A stretch of 53,908 nt of DNA, the filler included, from Bdellovibrionales bacterium RIFOXYD12_FULL_39_22 (lineage in GTDB: Bacteria; Bdellovibrionota; Bacteriovoracia; Bacteriovoracales; Bacteriovoracaceae), in NCBI GenBank assembly GCA_001770205.1. It is 3 parts of 3 records of this genome, joined end to end, with 100 filler letters (N's around TTAATTAATTAA, not from the genome) between each part and the next. Parts side by side here need not be neighbours in the genome. Positions count along the whole stretch, not along the records: positions 23,860 to 39,030 come from MEQL01000058.1; positions 39,131 to 53,908 come from MEQL01000059.1; 1 more part is not named here. One strand, 5' to 3'. Each line of letters starts with the position of its first letter. Position 1 is the stretch's first letter. Both the position numbers and the translations under genes were made by a program. The notes beneath the pieces were generated by a model. That model saw only the letters and a program-made list of their open reading frames with translations, made no database searches and was not told the origin of the DNA. Positions 37,001-46,700 of the stretch are shown one piece after another.

Positions 37001-37483
37001 GATATTGATAATACAGCAAATCTATATTTTTGGAACAATATTGGCGTTAATCAATCAACATGGTCTGCAGCACATGTCTTTTTCATCAACGATCTAGATC
37101 CAACTGTTTTTTTATACAACAACACTGGAGTTAGTAAAGGTGGGCGAGCCTTTTCCGGTAACTCCACAACAACCTCTATAAATAATCTTGCTTACCGCTC
37201 AGGGAGCGGGGTTGGTTTTGGAGGTTCTTTTTCCTCTATAAGTTATTCGTCCTCTAACGATTCTACTTCAAATAGTTTGGGGGGCGCGGGAAACCAAACC
37301 AATCAAGTGTTTACCTTCGTCAATGAGCCCAGCTTTGATTTTCATTTAAGTGTAAGTGATAGTGGTGCCATTGATTATGGAACAAACTTGTCGGCTGATT
37401 TGCAGCTTCCTTTTTCAGCGGATATTGACAACATTACTCGTATAGATCCTTGGGACATTGGGGCCGACGAATACGTGCCTTAA
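34004..37483 (+). CDS. Large surface lipoprotein/adhesin: Ig/FN3-like domains plus two ~400-aa beta-helix-like repeats
   Basis: Lipobox LTSC, PT linker, FN3-like L.PSTTYYFSVKA. Repeats at 34742-35935 and 36266-37471 each run from (F/Y)RSVG to WDIGADE. Confidence 0.75.
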   Translation: MIAKSYKMFLILITAFVFFALTSCSKSKVVYSKNVARNTSPTPANATPTPTPTPILPQISGLTNDLIVAKTKSWSWGCDQTCTYRFVVDQITNTSPTGAFDTTNSVSQNSGDGRYYLHVQAQNTENIQSSVTHVYVDLDNSGPTAISAITPSSTTFEALFSGPTMTWPEDASDGSGAGVNHYEYAVGTSSGSSDLISWTTAGSNTITPTGLNLSPSTTYYFSVKALDDLGQSSSLRTVSWQTLGTPIFRSVGPSNTTALAVGASNAVTIASGVATFTTALPDNIGLGDVLLYDSDNNGSAESVAFIYYRTSSTQYLVRNSAGVLPSNVTADTDWSIFRAYTSLSNAEAGTENVSISNNFDSWTNGKDIVASNEIWNFVCYADAVEGGTATTVNGWTTGVNNFIRIFTPETTNEVGISQRHLGAWGSGYMRTAGLSIRENYVRMEGISIRTTDTPYDIQGFIGVGAIYISNSFGWIPDSSTHRVFDIYSVDNINVYMWNNIGISESTTSLSRVFYINDVDPIVYIYNNTGITNAGGAFYGNANTTAINNLAYSYGGGLGFANSFAAVSYCASHDATANGVWPSANNQINKTFSFLNQTNFNFRLASNATAVINNGTDLSTDSSLALTKDIDGITRSGTWDIGADEFALHGNDIIVSNLRATNVGDNNLDILVDIIGDDNNNATSVLYYCNDTQFPSCNPLLETPVVLNKSGNIFTANLSSIVHTGADTLKFSVITSDTDGVRGSPLTNSITLRSYIYRSVGATATALTTGAGNSLTISNGQATFANPLPANIGLGDVIQYDSDNNTSIDSLAFISYRTSSTVFTVTNMAGFAPANTVASDQDWSIFRAYTTLYYAEAGTENGNILAALNNFDTWSGGRDLVYSHEVWNIVCYADGPDASPNITIYGWNTSANNYLRVFTPTTSNEVGTSQRHQGLWGSGHMLTSQLSIRANYVRIDGLSIKRGGATYLVGPISGSAAIYISNNFGWIDAAIGTIFVFEIFDIDNTANLYFWNNIGVNQSTWSAAHVFFINDLDPTVFLYNNTGVSKGGRAFSGNSTTTSINNLAYRSGSGVGFGGSFSSISYSSSNDSTSNSLGGAGNQTNQVFTFVNEPSFDFHLSVSDSGAIDYGTNLSADLQLPFSADIDNITRIDPWDIGADEYVP

Positions 37484-37580
37484 TTGTAGATTAATGATAA
37501 CGAAAGAACCATTTGTTATCCCTTCTGAATAGTATTAGAATTATATTTAGAATTATTCAACTCAATTTGAAAATATTAAT

Positions 37581-38642
37581 ATGGTGGAACTACGTAGCCT
37601 ACCACGATTTCTCTGTATTGCTTTATTACTTTGCAACCAAACTTTTGCTGCTAAATTTTTTAAAATAACCTATACCACGACGAAACAATCAGAAAGCATT
37701 GAGACAATCATTAATCAATTTGTTGCAAGGAGAGGAGTAAAGGGTGGTGCTGAAAAAGAGGTCGTTACCAATCTAATACAAGATACAACAGAAAGAAATC
37801 CCCACATCTCCAACTGGAAAAAAATTCCAATTGGTTCTACTCTAACTATTCTTGTTTCAGAAGATTTCATGAACAATGAAGAGATAAAATTTTTTATTGC
37901 CGTCGAAGAAAAAAAACGCCAAGAGAAAGAAGATAAAGAACAAAAACTGCTGAATTCTGTAAAAGACGATTTTTTATCAGTTGATAGTAAGCTACAAAGG
38001 CACTCGCTTTTTGTATCGTATTTTTTTGAAAATATTCAAGAGACGAATGGTATTTATGTAGTCCATTCAAACTTTGCTCCATTCCTAAATTTTGGCCATG
38101 AATATACTTACCTACACAATTTTAATAAATGGAAGGTTGAAAAATTATTATACCATACGATAATTAATCTGCACCAAGCAGAAAAAATTAATAATATAAA
38201 AATTCCTTTAGCATATTCACTGCAATCTGAAATTATTTTTCACAATACTTTTAAAGAATTCTCCCCATATTTGGCATTAAAATATAACGTCTCACCAAAT
38301 ATTACTGGAGATCAAACTGGATTTGTGATGAGGGTTACTAAAAACCTATCTACAGGACTAGGTCTTTCATATCAATACTATTTTAAAGCAATCAAGATTA
38401 TGGCGTGCACAGACTATCTTATGGATATCGTTTCGAACTCCAAAACAAGAGACTCTGTAGTGGGTGGTATCCGCGGGAATGAGTTGGACGTTAAACTTCG
38501 GTTTGCATACGCACATCAAGTCGGTTTGATTGATTCATGGTTTATTGAAAGTATCTATGCCACAACTTCACGCGATAGTTCCACCAAGGAAATTGTGATC
38601 TCTAGCAACCGCTTCGCTGTCAATTTTGGATTCTCCTTCTAG
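37581..38642 (+). CDS. Outer-membrane beta-barrel protein with LysM-like N-terminal domain
   Basis: Signal peptide, ESIETI..RNPHISNWKKIPIGSTL, amphipathic strands, and terminal FGFSF. Confidence 0.6.
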   Translation: MVELRSLPRFLCIALLLCNQTFAAKFFKITYTTTKQSESIETIINQFVARRGVKGGAEKEVVTNLIQDTTERNPHISNWKKIPIGSTLTILVSEDFMNNEEIKFFIAVEEKKRQEKEDKEQKLLNSVKDDFLSVDSKLQRHSLFVSYFFENIQETNGIYVVHSNFAPFLNFGHEYTYLHNFNKWKVEKLLYHTIINLHQAEKINNIKIPLAYSLQSEIIFHNTFKEFSPYLALKYNVSPNITGDQTGFVMRVTKNLSTGLGLSYQYYFKAIKIMACTDYLMDIVSNSKTRDSVVGGIRGNELDVKLRFAYAHQVGLIDSWFIESIYATTSRDSSTKEIVISSNRFAVNFGFSF

Positions 38643-39030
38643 GATAAGTTCCATATTAAAGAATCAACTAATACCAAGCTAAAAAGAGTTGTGCCGATGA
38701 CGTAGGGAGAGCGCAACCTTCTCCTTAATTCGATGAGAAGACAACTCAACCCACGCTTTGTCTTTTATGAAGAAGATGGAACACCCGTGTAAAATGGCCA
38801 ACATCTCTACCGTCGCTTTAGTGAATATAATCATTTTAATATGCCCTTCCCCGTTCTTCCATACTAGAAAAGTTGACATAAATGTTCTTTGAATAATATA
38901 AATGTATTGTTTCAAATTTATTTTAATGAATACAAGGGAAAATAATGACAAGGTAGGAAAGCAGCACCGCCTTAGTGCATAGTCCACAGTGGGCCTTGTA
39001 TCAAGCGGTAAAACTTGAGTGTGCCAATCT

Positions 39031-39130
39031 NNNNNNNNNNNNNNNNNNNNNNNNNNNNNNNNNNNNNNNNNNNNTTAATTAATTAANNNNNNNNNNNNNN
39101 NNNNNNNNNNNNNNNNNNNNNNNNNNNNNN
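39031..39130. other. Assembly gap with artificial TTAATTAATTAA linker
   Basis: N run containing an all-frame stop linker. Confidence 0.97.
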
Positions 39131-39317
39131 GTATGTTTTTTTGTTTTCATGCTGAAAGTATGGAACAAAAAACACAAAAGGCCAACAATTATTTCATGTT
39201 ATGTGAAATTTATTTCGTTACGAACTATAGATGTTTTGTTAGCGAGTTCCAAACTTCATTGCTGCTAATCGATTAGTTAATTACTAGTTAAAATAAAAAG
39301 TAAAAGAGTAGAGGAAA

Positions 39318-40187
39318 ATGAGAAAAAAAGCAGTGAAAAAAAACAAAGCAAGTGTTGTGAAATTAAGTGCTAAAACGAAAGGCACTAAAACAATTCCGAA
39401 TAAATTAGAATTACTAGAAAGGTTTAAGGCCTTAAATGCAGAATTGCAGGCGCAGCAAGTGGAATTGAAAGTGGCCAATAAAGAGTTGGAGAGCGCTGTC
39501 AATGTTAGAGATGAATTTATGTCAATTGCCGGGCATGAATTAAAAACGCCGCTGACATTCTTGAAACTTCAGTCTGAAATACGGAAGCGAAATCTTGAAA
39601 AAGAAAATATTACAGCATTTACCAAAGAAAAATTACTTAAAATGTTTGATTCTGATCATAAACAGATTGAGAGGATTACTCGCTTGATCGATGATATGTT
39701 AGATGTGTCCAGAATATCTTCTGGTAAGCTGTCTATGAATCTTGAAGAATTTGATATCTGTCCTTTGGTTTATGAGGTGGTTGAAAGACACCATGAGCAG
39801 CTGATTTTTGCAGGAAATGAGATTGAAATTAGTTCGGTCAAGAGTGTTAATGGCCGATGGGATAAGTTTAGAATTGAACAAGTCATTACTAATTTGCTTA
39901 CTAATGCGATTAGATATGGGCCGGGAAAAATTATTAAGATTAAAATTGGCATTGAACAAAATGAGGCCGTCGTTGTTATTTTGGATCAAGGAATAGGTAT
40001 TGCGGAAGAAAATCTGGCCAGAATTTTTTTAAAATTTGAACGAGTAACAGGGATGGAGGTTGGAGGACTGGGCCTTGGCCTTTATATTGTCGCTCAGATT
40101 ATAGAAGCTCATCACGGTTCCATCAAGGTTGAAAGTCAACTTGGCCAAGGATCGTCATTTACTATAAAATTACCACTAACTCTTTAA
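39318..40187 (+). CDS. Cytoplasmic histidine kinase (HisKA + HATPase_c), no sensor domain
   Basis: H box GHELKTPLT, N box NLLTNAIRY, DQGIGI, GLGLGL, GQGSSF. Confidence 0.93.
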   Translation: MRKKAVKKNKASVVKLSAKTKGTKTIPNKLELLERFKALNAELQAQQVELKVANKELESAVNVRDEFMSIAGHELKTPLTFLKLQSEIRKRNLEKENITAFTKEKLLKMFDSDHKQIERITRLIDDMLDVSRISSGKLSMNLEEFDICPLVYEVVERHHEQLIFAGNEIEISSVKSVNGRWDKFRIEQVITNLLTNAIRYGPGKIIKIKIGIEQNEAVVVILDQGIGIAEENLARIFLKFERVTGMEVGGLGLGLYIVAQIIEAHHGSIKVESQLGQGSSFTIKLPLTL

Positions 40188-40360
40188 TTGGCCATAAAGT
40201 TTAAACACAAAGATGAATATTTTTTCATTTTGAGTTGGTTCTTTCTAGCAAGTTTAGTGTTAGGTTGTCCGGTCTTGCAAACGCAAAAATATTTTTAGGA
40301 TTTTAGTTAATTTTAAATAATATACGGAATTCCCCGTAGATTTTAAATGGGAGTAACAAG

Positions 40361-40621
40361 ATGACTACAAAATCAATGAAAAAAGAAATTCAAAAAGATT
40401 GGAATGAAATGAAAGAGGATTGGGATGCAATCAAGGACAAGATTAAAATGCGCTTTAGTAAAGTAACAAAAGAAAGCATTGATTCTCTAGATGGAAATCT
40501 AGAATTGCTTTCAAAAAAAATACAAAGTGCATATGGTTACGCCAAAGAAAAGGCCGACAAAGAAGTAGATGGCCTTAAGGCATCACTCCATGCAGCAACT
40601 CGGCCAAAAGAAAATGATTAG
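40361..40621 (+). CDS. csbD: CsbD-family stress protein
   Basis: WDAIKDKIKMRFSKVT..IDSLDGNLELLSKKIQSAYGYAKEKA. Confidence 0.8.
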   Translation: MTTKSMKKEIQKDWNEMKEDWDAIKDKIKMRFSKVTKESIDSLDGNLELLSKKIQSAYGYAKEKADKEVDGLKASLHAATRPKEND

Positions 40622-40713
40622 AATATGCAATGTAAGTAATTAATATGCAGTCGCTGTTTTTATTTTTTGTTTTAGCTTTTTATTTTTCCCAACATTATCA
40701 TCAATCAAAAGAG

Positions 40714-43700
40714 TTAAAGCTGTAATTTGATATAATGCTTAACTTTATCATTGATTAGAAAAATAGTGGGATAATTAGCTTCGTCACAATCTATTTTTTT
40801 ATTCGATAGGCCGTTGGGATTTTTTACTTCAATTTCATAATCAGTTTGATAATATCTATAATGTATTTTATATTTTTTCCACTCAGGGTGTATATGTGGC
40901 TCAATTTGTAATTTGTTGCCAGTTAACCTAAGGCCTAATATTGATTCGATTCCTGCTCGATACATCCAGGCCGAAGACCCTGTATACCAAGTCCAACCAC
41001 CTCTTCCAACATAAGGAGGCATTGAATAAATGTCAGCTGATAATACATATGGTTCAACTTTGTAGCGATGAACTTTGGCCCGAGTAGAACTATGATTGAT
41101 CGGGTTTAACATCGAAAAAAGTTCAACTGCTTGTTGGCCTTTACCTAAACCAGCATAAGCATAAATACACCAAATACCAGCGTGAGAGTAGTGGCCACCA
41201 TTTTCGCGTACACCTGGTAAATATCCTTTGATATAACCTGGATCACGGATTGTTTGATCAAAAGGGGGGGAAAAGAGGAGAATTATATTGTCATGTGGTT
41301 TGATTAAAAATTCTTCAACCGATTTCATTGCCTGTTCAACATGCTCACGCATTTGAGGTGAATCTGAGGCCCCAGAAATAACACCCCACGTTTGAGCAAT
41401 TGAATCTATCTTACATTCGGAATTGGAAGAAGAACCCAAAGGAGTTCCATCATCGAAAAATGCACGTCGATACCAGGCACCGTCCCACGCATTTTTTTCA
41501 ATGGTAGCTTTTAAATTTTCTGCATATTGATGCCATCTCTGTGCACGGCCATCTTCTTGCTTGGAGCAACGAGTTTGTGCAATTTTTACAAAGGAAACTA
41601 AATTGGCATAGATAAACCATGCCAACCATACACTCTCGCCCTTGCCTCCAATTCCCACTCGGTTCATTCCATCATTCCAGTCTCCAGAACCCATCAACGG
41701 GAGTCCATGTACTCCAACTCCTACTGCTAAACTATGGTCAATGGCCCGTGCACAATGCTCATAAACTGAACCAACTTCTTTACTGATATCTGGTACGTAG
41801 AAAGAGTCTTCTTGATCTTGTTTTAAAAGTGGGCCTTCCAAGAAAGAAACCTGCTCATTTAAAACAGAATTGTCTTCGGTAACTTTTAAGTAGTGGGCCA
41901 CCACAAAAGGTAACCATAATAGATCATCAGAAAAATGAGTACGCACTCCTTGTCCTAAAGAGGTATGCCACCAGTGCTGCACATCGCCTTCGATAAATTG
42001 TCGGGAAGATGCACGAATAATTTGTGCTCTTGTCGTTGAAGGATCGGCCCAGACTAAGGCCAGAGAGTCTTGTAATTGGTCACGAAATCCATAGGCCCCT
42101 CCCGCCTGGTAAAATGCGGAACGGGCCCAAAGTCTGCAAACAATAGTTTGATAAAGGAGCCATCTATTAAGCATGATATTCATTGCAAGATCTGGAGTTT
42201 CTACTTGTATTTGAGTAAGAAGATCATTCCATTTTTCTTGCACTTCTAGCAACGCAAGGTCAATGCCTGACAAGTCTTCCTTGCCCTTTACTATTTTTTC
42301 TAAAATAGTTTGAATTTCAGCGCGGTTATCTGTCTGCCCGAGAAGAAAAACAATTGTTATAGATTGGCCAGGGCGGAGGAAGATATTTTTTTTTATCGCC
42401 GAACAAGGATCAAGGCCCGCCCCAATTTTGCTATTGGAAAATATGGCCGCCGGTTTAGAAATATTTCCATTACGGCCTAAAAACTCAGTGCGATCGCAAG
42501 TAATGGCATCGTTTCCCCCAAGGAAAGTTGCAAAGGAGATTCGTTTTCCAAAGTCCCTACTAAATGGGTTATGTGCCAATACTATTTGAGTGTCATTTTG
42601 CAATATTTTAGTTTCGAGTAATTCTGTGATAATGTAAGGTGCGCAGGTAATACGCGAAAAACCCAAAACCCACTCGATATATCCTATGACAGAAAGGTTT
42701 CTTTTTTCTTTCGAAAAATTATTTAATATGAGTTTTGAAACTTTTATTGGCGCTTCCCAATGTACAAATTGTGTAAGGTCACTATAGATCCCATCATTAA
42801 TAGTTTCAAATCGACTGTAACCTTGTCCGTGATGAGTAATGTATTCTGCTTCTTCGATTCTAATTGGAGATGCTGTTGGTGACCAAAGTTTACCACTATC
42901 TTGGTCTGAAATATAAAAACACTCTCCACTGGGATCACAAACGGGATCATTTGACCAAGGGGTAATTTGATTTTCACGACTGTTTAAAGACCAAGTATAA
43001 CCGGCACCACTTTCTGACACCTGAAACCCAAATTGTGGATTGGCAATAACATTGATCCACGGAGCAGGAGTTTGCTGATTTTTTTTCAAATGAATAATAT
43101 ATTCTTTGCCTTGTTGAAAAAAACCGCCTAGGCCATTAAAAAAATCTAAAGAAGGAAGATTAAGTTTTACTGGAACAGGGCCTGAGAGGAAGTAGCGTTT
43201 TAAGAATGGAATTTCAAAACTTACAAATTTACTTTGAATTGATTTAACTGGCCTTGTATTTGCTATCACTCTTCGTTTGACTTGTTCTGCCAAACTGCCA
43301 TGGTCCGCAACTAAAATTGCTCGAGCGGCCGCCTGCAGAAGATTTTGATCTTCTTTTGAGAGGATCTCTGCACGTAAAACAAAAACTTTTCCTTTCGTTT
43401 GCGGAAGATATGATCCAGAGGTAATAACACTTCCTTGCACCATTGTCTCAATTGCTTTTTGAAGTTCTTGAGAGTATGAAACAGATTTTTCATTTAGAAT
43501 GATTAGATCTACTACCAATCCTTTGGTTCCCCAATACTCATGTGCTCTTAATAATTGTCTGATAATCGCCAATTTTTCAATGTCTCCAACTCGGACTAGA
43601 ACAATTGGATTATCTCCGGAAATACCATAGGCCCACAATGCAGAAACATCTTTCTTGTTACGCTTTAGAATTTCGCCAGAAGATCTAAGTGAGAAATCTA

Positions 43701-46700
43701 GATAGATGAACCGATTGGCCAACTCTTGAAATAGATGCGCTTCATGGTGTTCAATACCAAGATAGTGAAGAGACACTTGTGCTTGTGTCCAGGCCAAGTT
43801 AGAGATGCGCTCAAAAGTTGAATTATCTCGTAACTTGTCTGCTAATTTCAAAATTTCATCTTTACTTAGGGCAATGGCGGTAGAATAAGTTACTTTAGCG
43901 GTGGTTCCTGGAAGAATGCGAACCCTCGTTCTAAGTGCTAACATCGGGTCAAGTACTGGACCTACAGTATTTGATAGTGGTTTCCCATCAAAAATTGATA
44001 CGGGGTTACTAATACTTCGTCCACGCCCGATAAAATTAGCGCGATCGGTCTCGTATTCTATCTCTCCAATAGCATTTGAATCGGTAGAAATAACATGTGC
44101 TAACCAGAGAGGTGATTCATTGCTAGATCGTGGCCGGCGTGTTGCAAGTAGAGAGGTAATCTCTTTTGCATACTCGGTTTGAATGAAAAGATTAGAAAAT
44201 GCTGGGTGAGCGATATCGGAAGCGTAGATATTTAGTACAACCTCTGCATAAGAGGTTACCTCTATCTCAATAATTGTCGAACCATTATTGGTAAGAGATA
44301 ATCGTCTAATTTCCGCGTTATCTTCTGGGGAGACAAAAATTTCCAGATTTGAAGTTATTTCATCATCTTTTCGACTAATTTTAACTCGGTCTTCTGCAAA
44401 AATAACTTCGTATTGATCTGCTTTAATACTTGTAGGTAAATAACCGGCCGACCAGATTTTGTTAGATTCTCTTTTGGGGCCTGTACGCCGTAAAAAAATA
44501 TAACTACCATAGTGGTCACGAGTAACATCTTCTCTCCATCTTGTGACGCTAATGTCGCGAAAGCGACTGTATCCAGAACCTGCAGCTGTCATCATCACGG
44601 AGTAGTTACCGTTGGATAGGAGATTAGTGGGCGGGACAAGTTGGTCAGCAGAAAAGTAACGACGTGTTATGATTTCATTTTTATCATGGATATGTTCTAC
44701 CTCAGATGGTTTTAATCTTGTTTTTTCTATAACAACATTTCTCGGAATTCGTTCTTGTAAAAGAAGTTCAGTGGCCTGCACGATCGGTTCACGGTGAAAT
44801 CGTTTACGGAAAATTCCATGTAGTAAAACATTGGCAATCGCAATTAATGACATCCCTTGATGATGGGCCATATATGTTTTAACTACCGAGGAGTTAGCAT
44901 TTTGCGGGATACGTTGTTTGGTAAAGTCAACTGCGTCATAAAATCCATACATCCCATAGGCAAAAGAGAGATTCCTAAGATTTTTTACTGCATCATTAGG
45001 AGCATACATTGCGGCCAAAATTGTTGCATAAGGAGCAATTACTAAATCATTCTCTATTCCTCGTTTCAAACCCATGCCAGGTACGCCGAAAGCTTTATAC
45101 TGGTAAGTTAAATGTAAGTCGCGTTCGTTGTAGGTAGACTCTGAAATTCCCCAAGGAACTCCTTTTTCTGCGCCATAAAGAATTTGTTTTTTAACAACTA
45201 AGCGACATGTCTGGCCAAGCAAGGTTTGGGCCGGAGTGTTCATAACTAAAGATGGCATCAGATACTCAAATATCGAACCCGACCAAGAGATAAGCGCGGC
45301 CCCTCTTTCCACTCTAGTAAGCGCTCTTCCCAAACGAAACCAATGCTTAGAAGAGATATCGCCCTTAGCAATTGCTACAAAGCTTAAAAGACGCGCTTCG
45401 GAGGCCAATAGGTCATAATAACTATCATCCAATAGGCCGTCTGACATTCTATACCCAATGGAAAATAGTTTTTTACTATGATTATACAGAAAATTAAAAT
45501 CCATTTCGTAGCAAATGTTTCGACAGGTCGCGGCCAGTTCTTTTGTCGTGGCAATAATTTTGATGGCCCCATCACTGCTTTGAAGAGAAAGATCTTTAAT
45601 ATGACTTTTAATTTCGGTGTCAATTAATTTTGCCCAATTTAAAATTTCACTTTTTTGTATTTCCCCGCGTTCATCTGCAAATGTTTTTGCAAGGTCAACC
45701 AACGTATCAGTGGTTTTTAAAATCTCTGGCCAAGTATTATCCAATGGGAAAGAAAGGAGTTTTTCTAATTCATCAGAAATTATAAAAAGTTGTGCTTGAT
45801 TAACGGTTAAATTTCTTTTTTTGTCTGATGACTTTGATAAAAGCAATGTTTCTCGAAGGAGTCTCAAACTATCACTGCACAGGCCTTTGTGTAAAACTCT
45901 ACAAGATGGAATTGGACTTTTTTCGATCTCTTCTAAGGCCTGTGCAACAACCAGAAGATGTCCTGCTAAATTACCGTTATCTACGGAGGAAATATAGCGC
46001 GGCATCAAGGCCTTACAATCAATTGTGTTGTACCAATTAAAAAAATGTCCTTGGTGGCGTGGAAGTTTTTTTAAAGTATTTATTGTGTTTTGAAGGCGAG
46101 TAACCATTTCGATGACACCGATCCAACCAAAATCGCGGGCGGCAATAATGGATAGAAGATAAAGGCCAAAATTAGTGGGAGAACTTCGATGTGCAATAAC
46201 TGCTTTTGGATCTTCTTGGAAATTGTCGGGAGGGAGGTAGTTCTCTTCTTCGGTCACAAAAGTTGTAAAAAAGCGCCATATTCTTCGAGCACTATTTTTC
46301 AAAAGAGATATATCCTCTTTTTCTAGAGGTCTAATTTTTTCATTGGAGGGTGGGAGACTGGCGAGATATGCTACCAAAGGTGATAAAATCCACAAAACTA
46401 AAAACGGTAATGCCACTGCTAGTTTTTTTGAATTAATACTTAAAAGTGCGATGAGTAGCAGTAAAAAAATTTCATCAAAAATCATTGTAACAAGAAAACT
46501 TTTTAAAGTTAAGCTAACACTGTTTTTTGAAGTTTGAGACGTTGTCCATTCCAGTAAATTATGTTTGCTAATTATTTGTCGATATAGGGCCTTGCCGATT
46601 GCATCTAAATATATTTTTGCTTGATGCGGTAGCAAAATGATATTGAATAGAAAACGGTGGAATACCAAAAAAAGATCTTCAGATAGTGAGCGCAATCGTT

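Noticed and set aside
38679..38987. 102-aa minus-strand ORF beside the gap
   Set aside because: No motif or convincing RBS; the 5' part looks non-coding.
38960..39230. Possible IS collapsed in the second gap (minus-strand start MKTKNI and end ...GPLWTMH*)
   Set aside because: Too little sequence, and only weak terminal similarity; no family can be assigned.
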